Source: an uncultured Poribacteria bacterium
Lineage (GTDB): Bacteria > Poribacteria > WGA-4E > WGA-3G
DNA length: 64,000 nucleotides
Direction: 5' to 3'
Assembly: GCA_951813565.1 (NCBI GenBank)
Contig: OX638351.1
Coordinates: forward strand, 736,001-800,000
Shown: piece by piece, positions 19,644-30,189 of the stretch
Layout of the letters: each line of letters opens with the position of its first letter
Numbering within the stretch: the stretch's first letter is position 1
The notes under the pieces: model-generated
What the model was told of the DNA's origin: nothing
Seen by the model: the letters and a program-made list of their open reading frames with translations, nothing else
Databases searched by the model: none
Translations under genes and position numbers: made by a program

Positions 19644-20858
19644 CTAACGCGCTTTAAAATTAACCTGTAATGCTTTTTCTATATCTTCACGGGGATGAAC
19701 CCCAAATTGTTTTTCGAAATTCTCATCAAATGCAGCTTCTTCTTCCGGATCAGGTTGAAGGGGTAATTGAATAGGTTGCCGATTTGACTGCACAGAACGA
19801 CGTGCGGCGATAACCATCTCCTGATCAGCTCTACCCATCTCTCCTGTCCAAAGCGGTTGTGTATTATCTCTAACTGCACGTCCGATACCATCAAGCATTG
19901 TGGCAAGTGAAATGCCGCCCTCGGAGATTTGGGTATGCCGATAGGGATTAAGCCATTCAACCGTACCACCAAGAGATTCGGGAAGTTCAACAAAGATACG
20001 CTGCAGCACCTTATCCTCACCGTATTCCCTCTGAAATTCATAAGTTTGTGCTCTTCCTGCATTTTGGCTAATATCTTCATCTGTGCAAACGTTGACAGTT
20101 TCACCGCCAGAAGCACCTTGGTTGCCGTTTGTGATAATTGTGCCGCGCTCACCACACGTCTCAAAACCGACAAGTTTGTTCCGTCCGAGACATCCATTCT
20201 TGTTGCCTACCATTGCGATGCCGAGTCCACCATTGTCAAAATCAACAGCGTAAAATTCTAAGCCTTCCTGATTGAAATCTCGTTTTGCTCTGTCAACATA
20301 AGGCACAACAGGCATAGAATGTCCGATGCTACTTACCGTTATTGGTGCAGCGTTCATTCTACACCGTATTGCTGCAAGACCGTGATAACCTGTTGTGGAA
20401 AACAACCGATAACATTTATGCACCTTGCCAATTACGTCTTCCTGAATAAGTTTGCAGACAAACTGTTCCACAGGAACAAATGGAAAGTTCTCTGATGTTT
20501 GGAGTTGGACCCCATTTTCAGCAGCATCCGCTATCATCATATCCATCAAACCGAGAGTCGGGGCAAGTGGGGTTTCCACATTCTGTGATATACCGCAACG
20601 GGACAGGTAACAGGAAACGATATGATGTAGCGGTGCAGGCACAACGACATCGCAGACATCGGGCGACATCTCGTCAACAAGTTTTCGGACATCGGTATAT
20701 GCCTTTACACCGACTCTTGCTGCGCCCGCCTCCGCTGATTCTTGATGTGCATCGCACACCGCAACGATTTCAAAGGTATCCTTTAGTGCGGCAGCGGTTG
20801 ACAGATGTGCTGAACCGCGCCGTCCATGACCGATTAATGCGTATTTTAAACGTGACAT
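19644..20858 (-). CDS. divergent Gfo/Idh/MocA family oxidoreductase
   Basis: LIGHGRRG, NVETPLA (variant of EKP). Confidence 0.8.
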   Translation of the reverse strand: MSRLKYALIGHGRRGSAHLSTAAALKDTFEIVAVCDAHQESAEAGAARVGVKAYTDVRKLVDEMSPDVCDVVVPAPLHHIVSCYLSRCGISQNVETPLAPTLGLMDMMIADAAENGVQLQTSENFPFVPVEQFVCKLIQEDVIGKVHKCYRLFSTTGYHGLAAIRCRMNAAPITVSSIGHSMPVVPYVDRAKRDFNQEGLEFYAVDFDNGGLGIAMVGNKNGCLGRNKLVGFETCGERGTIITNGNQGASGGETVNVCTDEDISQNAGRAQTYEFQREYGEDKVLQRIFVELPESLGGTVEWLNPYRHTQISEGGISLATMLDGIGRAVRDNTQPLWTGEMGRADQEMVIAARRSVQSNRQPIQLPLQPDPEEEAAFDENFEKQFGVHPREDIEKALQVNFKAR

Positions 20859-20895
20859 TTTCTTTCAACTTCCTAAGAATTGGAAATCGCTCCTA

Positions 20896-23355
20896 CTACT
20901 TGAGGATTAGCATTTTGCGCGTGGCAGTAAAGTCACCGGCGGTGAGGGTGTAAAAATACACACCGCTCGCAGCAGGTTCACCGAGTGCGTTTCTGCCATC
21001 CCAATGCGCAGCACGGCTGCGAGTTTGATACAGGCCTGCACGCTGATGTCCTAAATCTAAGGAACGTACAACATGTCCCTTGATGTCGTATATCGTCAGT
21101 GTGACATCGGCAGGTTTGGACAGCTGATACGGAATCCACGTCTCTGGGTTGAACGGGTTCGGGTAGTTCGCAAGCAGTGCGGTTTCTTCTGGTGTGAACA
21201 GTGCCAAGAGTCGCTCTACAACAGCAATACCCCGCTGGTAAGTGCGGGAGGTGTTTCCCGATGCGCGCGCCTCAGTGAGATATCTTTGGAGTTGTGCTTT
21301 CGTGAAATGTGATTGCACCTGCGCGCGGGCAGCGGGTGCAGCTGCCGCACTGTCCACCGCGGCAGCAACCAAGATGAAATCGTCCACGTTGACAATTTCA
21401 TCTCCGTTGACATCCGCAGCATTGCTCCCGGTACGTCCATACCGCTGTGCGACTACAATCAGATCATTAACATCCACAATCCCATCACGGTTCACGTCCT
21501 CCTTGACGATTGTGGGATTAACTGGAGAAAAAATGCCGATGGCTATACCTAATGGAATTTCCAATCCTTGTGTGACGAGGTCTTCGACGTTTGAACCATC
21601 AAGGTTTGCGCGCTGGATTTTATCCGTGCCAGTATCTGTCCAATACATCTTGCCACCCGCCACATCTAACGCTATGCCCCTTGGACTGCGTAATCCCTGT
21701 GTAACGAGGTCTTGAATGTCTGATCCATCCAGGTTTGCCCGTTGGATTTTATCCGTGCCATAGTCTGTCCAATACATCTTGCCACCTTCCACGTTTAACG
21801 CTATTCCGCTTGGAAACTCTAATCCTTGTGTGACGAGGTCTTGAACGTCTGATCCATCCAGGTTTGCCCGTTGGATTTTATCCGTGTCAGCATCTGTCCA
21901 ATACATCTTGCCACCCGCCACATCTAACGCTATTCCGCTTGGACTGCGTAATCCCTGTGTAACGAGGTCTTGAACGTCTGATCCATCCAGGTTTGCCCGT
22001 TGGATTTTATCCGTGTCAGCATCTGTCCAATACATCTTGCCACCCGCTACATCTAACGCTATGCCCCTTGGAAACTCTAATCCTTGTGTGACGAGGTCTT
22101 GAACGTCTGATCCATCCAGGTTTGCCCGTTGGATTTTATTCGTGTCAGTATCTGTCCAATACATCTTACCATCTTCTACATCTAACGCTATGCCCCTTGG
22201 AAACTCTAATCCTTGTGTGACGAGGTCTTCGATGTTTGAGCCGTCCAAGTTCGCCCGTTGGATTTTATCCGTGCCAGTATCTATCCAGAAAATCGTCAAC
22301 AGAGCTTCTCCCCTGTTTGCAGTGACGTGTATTTCTGTAGTTAGCGCGGTGCCTTTATAGTTTGTGATCGCGCCAGATGCCACACTGAAGGTCAATGCAC
22401 TATCCCTGACAAAGTCGGTGCCATCAAAATCAAGTTCAACCGTTATTTCAGTATCGCTGAGGCGTTGCACGGAAGCGGTGTCTACTGCTACGCCATTGAT
22501 ACCGGATACCATCACGGCATTTCTGATCGTGGAGATGTCCTGCTCAAAAGCTGCACCAGTAAGGACCAGTGAGACAATGCTCTCATCCAGCGTCGCTTCT
22601 GTCAAGGGAGAAACCACTGAAGCAGAAACAACTTCTTTAATAGCGGTGACAGTTATTTCTGCAATGAGTTCTTCTCCTATGTAGTTTGCTATTGCCTCTG
22701 CTGCCACGTTGAAACTGAGTGCAGTATCAGTGTCAAAGTCGGTCCTATCAAAATCAAGATCAATTGTTATTTCAGTATCGCTGAGGCGTTGCACTTTTGC
22801 GGTGTCTATCGTTACACCATTGATACCGGAGACCATCACAGCATCTCTAATCGTGGCAACGTCCGCCTCGTAAGTATCATAACTGAGTGTCAATGTGACC
22901 ACACCTTCATCCAAAGTCGCCTCTGTTAATGGAGACACAGCTGAGGCTGAAAGCCTTGTGTAACTTGTCGTTCCTTCGTGAATAGCGCCTGAATCTATGC
23001 GCACCTCGTACGTAGTCCCGGGAACAAGACTTTCAATTGTATAACTTCTTGTAGCAGTCTCAACTTCGTTGGGTATCCGATAAAATCTCCAAATCACTGT
23101 ATAACTCTTATTGGCTGATTTCCACTCCCCTGGGGATGTTTTTTGCCTCCATTCAAAGAGAAATGTTTTAGTCTCAATACCCGAATGATTCTCCAAATAA
23201 CTGAAATTAAATGTTACTTTTAGCGAAGTGTCGTTATCACCAGGCTCAACTGAGACGATATCAGCGTAACTTGCAGTTTGTGCATTACATATCAATACTA
23301 TCACCATGAGAACTAACAAAGTAATTTTTCGATTCATAACTAACATTTTCATCAT
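20896..23355 (-). CDS. secreted modular protein: Fn3-like, two Ig-like repeats, six LDL-receptor YWTD repeats, dockerin-like motif, FlgD/T9SS-like C-terminal sorting domain
   Basis: GKMYWTD repeats, EDVNRDGIVDVNDL, LLANYPNPFNPETWIPYQL...SGVYFYTL...KMLILK; RBS AAAGGAG. Confidence 0.9.
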   Translation of the reverse strand: MMKMLVMNRKITLLVLMVIVLICNAQTASYADIVSVEPGDNDTSLKVTFNFSYLENHSGIETKTFLFEWRQKTSPGEWKSANKSYTVIWRFYRIPNEVETATRSYTIESLVPGTTYEVRIDSGAIHEGTTSYTRLSASAVSPLTEATLDEGVVTLTLSYDTYEADVATIRDAVMVSGINGVTIDTAKVQRLSDTEITIDLDFDRTDFDTDTALSFNVAAEAIANYIGEELIAEITVTAIKEVVSASVVSPLTEATLDESIVSLVLTGAAFEQDISTIRNAVMVSGINGVAVDTASVQRLSDTEITVELDFDGTDFVRDSALTFSVASGAITNYKGTALTTEIHVTANRGEALLTIFWIDTGTDKIQRANLDGSNIEDLVTQGLEFPRGIALDVEDGKMYWTDTDTNKIQRANLDGSDVQDLVTQGLEFPRGIALDVAGGKMYWTDADTDKIQRANLDGSDVQDLVTQGLRSPSGIALDVAGGKMYWTDADTDKIQRANLDGSDVQDLVTQGLEFPSGIALNVEGGKMYWTDYGTDKIQRANLDGSDIQDLVTQGLRSPRGIALDVAGGKMYWTDTGTDKIQRANLDGSNVEDLVTQGLEIPLGIAIGIFSPVNPTIVKEDVNRDGIVDVNDLIVVAQRYGRTGSNAADVNGDEIVNVDDFILVAAAVDSAAAAPAARAQVQSHFTKAQLQRYLTEARASGNTSRTYQRGIAVVERLLALFTPEETALLANYPNPFNPETWIPYQLSKPADVTLTIYDIKGHVVRSLDLGHQRAGLYQTRSRAAHWDGRNALGEPAASGVYFYTLTAGDFTATRKMLILK
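21540..22290 (-). repeat. six near-identical 129-bp (43-aa) YWTD tandem repeats
   Basis: Repeated TGTCCAATACATCTTGCCACC...GGATTTTATCCGTG blocks. Confidence 0.9.
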
Positions 23356-23430
23356 AAACTCCTTTGTAAACATTCTTTGAAGATCAGGCGCACAAAGTCA
23401 TCTCCATTTATGAAATAGATTGTAGTTGAA

Positions 23431-24378
23431 TTAGTTAACACATTGATACCCAACTGCCTCAAGTTCACTCCGAATTTTGTCTATTTCAGCAGTAGACAAC
23501 TGACGCAGTGGTCTGCGCATCGTCATGGATGGAAATCTACCCATCAACCATCTGGCACACTTCATGCGTTGGTGTGCATCACTACTCGGTTCACCGAAGT
23601 TGTAAACAATCCGAGCTAAGGTATCTACCTGATTACGTGCTTTGCGTGCGCCTATCAAATCATTATTGAGCGCGGCGTGTACGACAGCGACCATCAATTC
23701 GGGAACAAATCCAGCAAATCCAATGAGTGCGCCATCGCTACCTTCCAAGAGGGAGGCAAGTAAATATTCATCATGGCATGTTAAAATAGGGACATGTGGC
23801 GCTGCTTCTCTCAATTGTTCGTAATCCCACCGCCAACGCGCCATGTCGCGGGTGCCCATTTTAATACAAACAACTTGTGGGATTTTCACCATCTCCAACA
23901 TCTCTTCAAGGCTATATCCTGCCTTTGTCCACGCGGGGTACTGATGCACAATAATAGGTATGTCCGCACCTTCAGCGACATCTTGGAAATAGCCGACTGC
24001 GGTTTCAGGTGTTCTGCCGAAACGCAACCAGTGATGTGCAGGCATCAACAGAATCGCGTCAGCCCCTGCTTCCTTCGCTGCGAGCGCATCGTCAATTGCG
24101 GGCAAACTTCCTTCAGCACTAACGCCTGAAACGACTTTAACCTTGTCGCCAACGGCATCTGCAGTGATTTGGGTTACGCGCTGCCGTTCATGTAAACGGA
24201 GCGACATGATTTCACCGGTGTGCCCATTACAGACGACACCTTTTATACCTTCTACGTTGGCGAGTCCCTGCATATATTGACGTAAACCGTCTTCATCAAT
24301 TGATTCATCTGAATGGAAAGGACAGAGCGTTGCCGGAAATACGCCCGCCCACGGATGCTGCTGCCAATTAAGATTCAT
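23431..24378 (-). CDS. dihydrodipicolinate synthase/N-acetylneuraminate lyase family aldolase
   Basis: CNGHTGE, AGADAILLMP, VVCIKM Schiff-base Lys. Confidence 0.9.
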   Translation of the reverse strand: MNLNWQQHPWAGVFPATLCPFHSDESIDEDGLRQYMQGLANVEGIKGVVCNGHTGEIMSLRLHERQRVTQITADAVGDKVKVVSGVSAEGSLPAIDDALAAKEAGADAILLMPAHHWLRFGRTPETAVGYFQDVAEGADIPIIVHQYPAWTKAGYSLEEMLEMVKIPQVVCIKMGTRDMARWRWDYEQLREAAPHVPILTCHDEYLLASLLEGSDGALIGFAGFVPELMVAVVHAALNNDLIGARKARNQVDTLARIVYNFGEPSSDAHQRMKCARWLMGRFPSMTMRRPLRQLSTAEIDKIRSELEAVGYQCVN

Positions 24379-24700
24379 TATGTTATCAATACCTCTCTTT
24401 ATCACAGATGAGGAAAATATAAGAGGCGCAATAAATTGCGCGACTACAAACACTTTTTTGTTAATGAAAAGCGATCATTCAGAAATGGTATTATATAAGG
24501 ATAAGCACGGAATTCCGTAATAGTTTTCAATTTGACACTATTTTAACTTGATTTTAAATCCAAAGTCAAGTATTATTTTTATAATGGAAAAGGATTTATT
24601 ATATCTATTTTAGGGTAATTCAATAACATCGTTGACGGACGATTATGTTTTTCATTGGTGTGTTTTAGGGAGATTTCGTATTGTTACGGAGGATTTTCAC

Positions 24701-25126
24701 ATGAAACAGAGAAGACTGAAAATTATCGCTGCCAGTGCCATTTTGCTCTGTGGTTTCGCGTTTTTGGTGCTGTCTATGACTAAAAAAGAGAGCATGCCAG
24801 AACTTTCCCCTGCTAAACTTGTCGCTAATGCGGACAAAACGGATAATCAAAATGTCAAGCTTGTTGGAGTCATCTTAGAGGAGAGTTCTACATGGGATGC
24901 TGCCAATACTAAATTGACCTTTGCAATACGCGAACCTGAAGGCAGTGAGACAGTTAACGTAGTTTACGCTAATCTCAAACCGGACAACTTCACTGATGGT
25001 GGCAATGTTTTTGTAGAAGGCATGTATGATGCAGAGGAAAATCTCGTTGTGGCTACTAAGCTAACGACAAAATGTGCTTCTAAATACGAAGGCGCTGAGA
25101 GTGCGACAACGCAGAAGAGTTCCTAA
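24701..25126 (+). CDS. ccmE: cytochrome c maturation heme chaperone CcmE, CxxxY variant
   Basis: N-terminal TM, KPDNF..G..V.VEG, LTTKCASKY; RBS GGAGG. Confidence 0.88.
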   Translation: MKQRRLKIIAASAILLCGFAFLVLSMTKKESMPELSPAKLVANADKTDNQNVKLVGVILEESSTWDAANTKLTFAIREPEGSETVNVVYANLKPDNFTDGGNVFVEGMYDAEENLVVATKLTTKCASKYEGAESATTQKSS

Positions 25127-25189
25127 CTAAACTCTAACGTTAGGGATTTTTCGATACATTTCGCAACAGTCAGATAATAGAGGATTACT

Positions 25190-27346
25190 ATGTTCATAGA
25201 GGGCCTTGTGGGAAGTATACAACAGGTGACAGCTGAACTTGGGCAAGCTGCTATATGGCTTTCCGTATTCTCTGCGTTATGGACAATTGGTGCACTCCTC
25301 ATTGGACTACGTCAGCGCAATTCCAACGTTGTGCGGAGTGGTCGAAACGCTATAATTGCCACCTTTATCCTCATCAGTATTGCCACTGGCGCGCTAATCT
25401 TCGGCTTTGTGACGAATGATTTCTCAATGAAATATGTCGTTGAGGTTTCCAGTGCAGCGCAACCGATCCTCTATAAAATCACGGCATTCTGGGGGGCAAT
25501 GTCTGGTTCGCTCCTACTCTGGCTTTGGATACTTACCATTGCTGGTGCTATCGTTGTCTGGCAAAACCGGAAAGCAAACGATACCCTTCCGGATTATGCC
25601 CTGATTCCCATCGCCATTGTCCAACTTTTTTTCATTATCCTTGTCACTGGCTTAATTGAAGGGATTTACAATCCACTTGATCGATTTCCTGATGGCGTAG
25701 TAATGCCTGATGGTCGTGGGATGAACCCACTCCTACAGACACCCAGCATGGCGATCCATCCACCAACGTTATATATCGGTTGGATTGGTCTAACAGTGCC
25801 ATTTGCTTTTGCTGTAGCAGCGCTTATGTCCGGTAGAATAGGAAGCGATTGGATACTCCGTTCTCGAAGATGGATGTTGTTCTCATGGATTATTTTAACT
25901 ATTGGCATTACCCTTGGTGGTAATTGGGCGTATCAGGAACTTGGTTGGGGCGGATACTGGGCATGGGACCCAGTTGAAAACGCTTCCTTTATGCCGTGGC
26001 TACTCGGCACCGCTTATCTGCACTCTGTGATGATTCAAGAAAAGCGGAATATGCTCAAACTGTGGAATATCCTCCTGATTACCTTAGCCTTTCAATTCAC
26101 CTTGTTAGGTACATTTATAACCCGAAGTGGGATTATCACATCGGTGCATTCCTTCGCACAATCCGATATTGGCGGGTATTTTCTGGGTTTTATCCTCGCT
26201 TCAACTGGGGGTGTTATAGCACTTATGGTATACCGCTGGCAACGACTCAAAAGTGCTAACCGTCTTGAATCTCTCCTTTCACGTGAAAGTGCTTTTGTTC
26301 TAAATAATTGGCTCCTTGTTGGATTAACCTTAATTATTCTTTGGGGAACGTTGTGGCCTATTATCTCCGAAGCGATTAAAGGTGAAAAAGCAGCTGTCCC
26401 CGAATCCTTCTTCAACCAAGTTGTTATTATTCCTGGACTCCTACTTCTCTTTTTGACCGGTGCCGGACCCATTATTTCATGGAAAAAGATTACACCCAAC
26501 AATTTTCGCCGCATGTTTTTATCACCAATTTTTGTCGGTTTGGTAGCAGCAGCAGTGGCATGGATATTTCTTGCTTTCAGAGCTACCGCTGCTACTGTCG
26601 CAACTGCAGAAGCAGCTGCTGTAGCGGTTACTGATGTTTCTACACCTAATTTGTTTACGCGGGTATGGGAATTTCTTATTTTTAAAGGGAATTCAATCCC
26701 AATTTTTTCAGTACTCTGTGTTTTTGCCAGCGTATTTGTGATTGTCGCAATCTTTAGCGAATTTTATCGTGGTGCTAAACTCCGAACAAAACGGCAAGAA
26801 ACATCCTTCCTTAACGGTTTGTGGCTTCTTATCCAGCGCAACAAACGCCGGTATGGCGGTTATATCATCCATATCGGTATTGTTATTGTCTACATAGGTA
26901 TTATGGGGTCTAAAGGGTATTTTCTACTTGAGTCGGCAAGTCTTAAACTCGGTGAGTCAATGGAGGTAGGTGTCTATCAACTCACGATGATAGATACGTT
27001 TCAGGAGGAACGCGGAAACCACTTCCGGGCGGGAGTCGTTTTTGAGGTTGAAAAAAATGGTCAACACGTGACAACAATGAGACCTGCGCGCCACTACTAT
27101 TATAAAGCAGGACAAGGAGAAAAAGATACAATTGAATCTGCTATCCATGCAATCGGTATGAACCATCTCTATATCGCCCTCGGTCCGTTGCCCGCAAATA
27201 TTGATCCAGAGACCGATGTCAACGTCCAAGTTTACCACAATCCACTGATTAGGGTGGTCTGGATCGGTGTTGCTGTGATGGTGTTGGGTGGAATTATAGC
27301 GATTGCCCAGAAGTTCGATCCTGAGCCACGTTCCCAGACAGCATAG
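25190..27346 (+). CDS. ccmF: cytochrome c heme lyase CcmF
   Basis: WAYQELGWGGYWAWDPVENASFMPW, SVHSFA. Confidence 0.96.
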   Translation: MFIEGLVGSIQQVTAELGQAAIWLSVFSALWTIGALLIGLRQRNSNVVRSGRNAIIATFILISIATGALIFGFVTNDFSMKYVVEVSSAAQPILYKITAFWGAMSGSLLLWLWILTIAGAIVVWQNRKANDTLPDYALIPIAIVQLFFIILVTGLIEGIYNPLDRFPDGVVMPDGRGMNPLLQTPSMAIHPPTLYIGWIGLTVPFAFAVAALMSGRIGSDWILRSRRWMLFSWIILTIGITLGGNWAYQELGWGGYWAWDPVENASFMPWLLGTAYLHSVMIQEKRNMLKLWNILLITLAFQFTLLGTFITRSGIITSVHSFAQSDIGGYFLGFILASTGGVIALMVYRWQRLKSANRLESLLSRESAFVLNNWLLVGLTLIILWGTLWPIISEAIKGEKAAVPESFFNQVVIIPGLLLLFLTGAGPIISWKKITPNNFRRMFLSPIFVGLVAAAVAWIFLAFRATAATVATAEAAAVAVTDVSTPNLFTRVWEFLIFKGNSIPIFSVLCVFASVFVIVAIFSEFYRGAKLRTKRQETSFLNGLWLLIQRNKRRYGGYIIHIGIVIVYIGIMGSKGYFLLESASLKLGESMEVGVYQLTMIDTFQEERGNHFRAGVVFEVEKNGQHVTTMRPARHYYYKAGQGEKDTIESAIHAIGMNHLYIALGPLPANIDPETDVNVQVYHNPLIRVVWIGVAVMVLGGIIAIAQKFDPEPRSQTA

Positions 27347-27355
27347 GTGATTGCA

Positions 27356-27892
27356 ATGAAAATTATGAATACACGTTCTGTTGAAAAAATTTGTGCCGCT
27401 CTGCTATTGGCTGCTGTTTTATTATTCTTCACTAGTTCTCCAATAGCACAAGAAACGGGTGACGCTTTGACCATTGTATCTGATGATGGTAAAATGTTTG
27501 AATCACAATTAGAAGAACTGCTGACAACGGTTTACTGTTACTGTGGATGTGTGAAAGAAACTATCAAAGCATGTGTCTGCGGGACGGCGCAAAACGTTGA
27601 AACCGATTTTCGTAATCGATTATCAGGTGGTGACACAGTTGATGCAATTCGCACCGAGTATCTTGAAAAATGGGGGCCTCAATTTTCCGCACTTATGCCA
27701 GCAAAAGGTGTCAATCTTCTTGCCTATTTGATGCCAGCAGTTATTCTAATTGCTATCGGGGGTGTCATCTTCATTATTCGGCATCAATCAAGCGGAAACA
27801 AGATACCCGCAGCGCAACCCAACCAACAGATTTCTGATGAACTCCAACAAAAGCTTGAATCAGAACTCGAAAAATACAAGGAAGAAAATTAA
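27356..27892 (+). CDS. ccmH: CcmH/CycL-like protein with CxCGC...CxC motif
   Basis: VYCYCGCVKETIKACVC, C-terminal TM; follows ccmF. Confidence 0.75.
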   Translation: MKIMNTRSVEKICAALLLAAVLLFFTSSPIAQETGDALTIVSDDGKMFESQLEELLTTVYCYCGCVKETIKACVCGTAQNVETDFRNRLSGGDTVDAIRTEYLEKWGPQFSALMPAKGVNLLAYLMPAVILIAIGGVIFIIRHQSSGNKIPAAQPNQQISDELQQKLESELEKYKEEN

Positions 27893-27901
27893 GGCGTTGT
27901 T

Positions 27902-28255
27902 ATGGTTTTTATTGTCTTCTTGTGGATAGTTATTCTTGGAATTATGGTTTTGGTGTATGTCACCTTCCCACTTTTTGGTAGATCAGGTATATTCCCAGAA
28001 GCTGATCCTACAGAAGCACGCATGCAAACCCTCTCTCTTGAACGCGAACAGAGTTATTCTGCTTTAGTTGATCTTGATGAAGATTATGAATCGGGTAAAC
28101 TTTCAGAAAATGATTATAAGGAATTACGGGATGCTCTTTTGCAAGAAACAGCTGATATTGTTAGCCAGCTTGAAGCTGATAGCCAGCTTGAAACTGCTGC
28201 GAAAACAGATGTTGAAGCTGAGATTGAAAGGTATAAACAGCAGAAAAGCGGATAA
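27902..28255 (+). CDS. CcmI N-terminal-like membrane protein
   Basis: TM followed by LVDLDEDYESGKLSENDYKELR. Confidence 0.65.
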   Translation: MVFIVFLWIVILGIMVLVYVTFPLFGRSGIFPEADPTEARMQTLSLEREQSYSALVDLDEDYESGKLSENDYKELRDALLQETADIVSQLEADSQLETAAKTDVEAEIERYKQQKSG

Positions 28256-29580
28256 TGAAAATACAGAATAGTATGTTTTTTATTAAAAGGAGTTGCAGCA
28301 TCTTAAGCCGTGCAAAAACCGTTAGGTCCCTTAGAAAGTTATTGGTAGTAGCACTTGCATTTCTGTTATGGGTTCCGGTTACGCATTCCCAAAATGAGGT
28401 CGGTGACATTCACGGTAAATTGACCGACAGTAAGCAGAACGAACCTATTGCTAATCATCCTGTTATTCTCAATATCCATAAAGCGGGAGACGTTACACAA
28501 CAAGAAACGACAACTGATGAAAACGGCACCTACCGTTTTGAGAATCTGCCAATTGATTTTGAGACACACTATTCACTCTCTACAACCTATGATGGTGTTG
28601 AACATACAGAGAAGGATTTGGTACTATCTTCACTTGTGCCAAACCTTCTTGTTGACCTTAATGTCGGTGAAGTAACGGATAAGGTGACAGATGACTCATC
28701 ACAGATTCGGGTAAAATCGTATACTATTCTGATTGGGTTAGCGCCTGAACAGCACGCAAAAGAAGGGGCAGTGGCAGTCAATGAGTTTCTGAATGTAGAA
28801 AACTTGAATATCTCTCCATTCCAAATTATACGCGAAAAAGAAGCAGTTGGGTTTAGTTTTGATCTGCCTGAAAGGTCAAAGGAATTCCAACCGCGTAATC
28901 CGAAATCCCTAAAACGTAGTGCTACCGGCAATTATATCGTCCTTGATGAGCCGTTACCTCACGGTGCAACTGTAATATGGTACGACTACCTCTTTCATGC
29001 TAATACCCCCCAAAATGCCAGTAGCCTTGAACTTGATTTATCCCGACGAATGCAATTTCGCACGGACGAAATTTCTATCCTTGTCCAAGATGGTATCAAC
29101 TTAACTCCACATTCAAAATATTTTAAGCAGACTAAATCTGAAGCGATTAACAATGTGGTTTACAAAGCTTACGCAGCAGTTCGAGGGGTAGGGTTCTCAG
29201 AAGGTGAAATAGTGGACTTGAAACTGGGAGTACCTAAGCCACAATCCAATATCGGTCAAATGGTGTTTATAGCCTGTGCTGCAGCTTTGGCTGGTGGGTT
29301 TCTTGTCGCAGCGATTTTCATGCTACGCGGCGCACAACGCGTTTCCGAAGAATCTGATGATGGGCAGTCTGTGTCAACGGACGCAGGCTGGCTTCGTAAA
29401 CTTAGCGATGTTGACCTTGAGCATGCACGTGCCACCAGACTTGAATTTATAACGAGACTTGATGAAATGCACGAAGAACAGAATATTTCGGAACGGGTCT
29501 ACAACCGATTACGTAAGGAACAGACTGAGCGCCTCACAGAGATTCTTAACCAACGTCAAGAACGCGGATTAAACAACTAA
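28255..29580 (+). CDS. Ccm-associated membrane protein with carboxypeptidase-regulatory-like domain
   Basis: TTTDENGTYRFENL, C-terminal TM and helical tail; in the ccm operon. Confidence 0.6.
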   Translation: MKIQNSMFFIKRSCSILSRAKTVRSLRKLLVVALAFLLWVPVTHSQNEVGDIHGKLTDSKQNEPIANHPVILNIHKAGDVTQQETTTDENGTYRFENLPIDFETHYSLSTTYDGVEHTEKDLVLSSLVPNLLVDLNVGEVTDKVTDDSSQIRVKSYTILIGLAPEQHAKEGAVAVNEFLNVENLNISPFQIIREKEAVGFSFDLPERSKEFQPRNPKSLKRSATGNYIVLDEPLPHGATVIWYDYLFHANTPQNASSLELDLSRRMQFRTDEISILVQDGINLTPHSKYFKQTKSEAINNVVYKAYAAVRGVGFSEGEIVDLKLGVPKPQSNIGQMVFIACAAALAGGFLVAAIFMLRGAQRVSEESDDGQSVSTDAGWLRKLSDVDLEHARATRLEFITRLDEMHEEQNISERVYNRLRKEQTERLTEILNQRQERGLNN

Positions 29581-29593
29581 CATTACTACAACT

Positions 29594-29742
29594 TATCTCA
29601 TAAACCACTTGTAGGGCGAGGTCCCTGTGCCTCGCCATGTCTTGAGGATGGAACATCGGGCGGGCACAGGGACCCGCCCCTACAATAGAAGTGAACTTCA
29701 GTGCGAACAATGAGTAAACTCAAAAATCGGATTTATGAGATA
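29594..29742. mobile_element. MITE with TATCTCATAAA IRs carrying an inverted GTAG-REP pair
   Basis: TATCTCATAAA/TTTATGAGATA; internal GTAGGGCGAGG... and ...CCCGCCCCTAC. Confidence 0.6.
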
Positions 29743-29757
29743 CACTCTACTATTATA

Positions 29758-30032
29758 ACCTAAGTTTCTACGGACAAGATTTTAAGTTAGCAAACACTGC
29801 TTTTTACTGAAAAAACAAGGCTTTTTCGCTGATTCTTATGTTTTTTGTTCTAAATCGGTAGCAACTTGGGTTATTATAACCTAAGTTGCTACGGACAAGA
29901 TTTCAAGTTAGCAAATACTGCTTTTTACTGAAAAAACAAGGCTTTTTCGCTGATTCTGGATGTTTTTTGTTCTAAATCGGGGTTAGAAACCCCTCCTACA
30001 AGAGCATTTGCGAAATAGGTGGCAACTTGGGT
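29758..30032. mobile_element. two tandem IS982-like MITEs (29758..29871 and 29879..30032) separated and flanked by TATTATA
   Basis: IRs ACCTAAGTT(G/T)CTAC / GT(A/G)GCAACTTGGGT; about 110 bp near-identical; 7-bp direct repeat present three times. Confidence 0.75.
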
Positions 30033-30035
30033 TAT

Positions 30036-30189
30036 TATAGTGAAATCTAAAATTACTTTACAGTTCTTTATAGGTTTGATGTGTTTGTAGTCTTTTGTAG
30101 GAGCGACTTCCCGGTCGCGACTTTAAAAACTGTAGAACACTTTGTCCGTGCCGAGTGACAATGTCCAGTTAATTGTAAAATCCACTATA
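30036..30189. mobile_element. TATAGT-ended MITE with a GTAG-REP
   Basis: TATAGTGAAATCTAAAATTA / TAATTGTAAAATCCACTATA. Confidence 0.6.

Noticed and set aside
21540..22290. CRISPR or DGR template/variable repeats
   Set aside because: The repeats are in-frame coding YWTD units, differences are not adenine-specific, and no reverse transcriptase is in the window.
24379..24453. N-terminal extension of the DHDPS-like ORF (similarly hpt, ccmA, ccmE, the HEAT protein, ftsB)
   Set aside because: The extensions run through REP, terminator or upstream gene sequence; downstream ATGs fit the family starts better.
29751..30039. Possible CRISPR array
   Set aside because: Only two ~115-bp units with near-identical interiors and terminal IRs; no unique spacers and no cas genes. 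Better explained as tandem MITEs.
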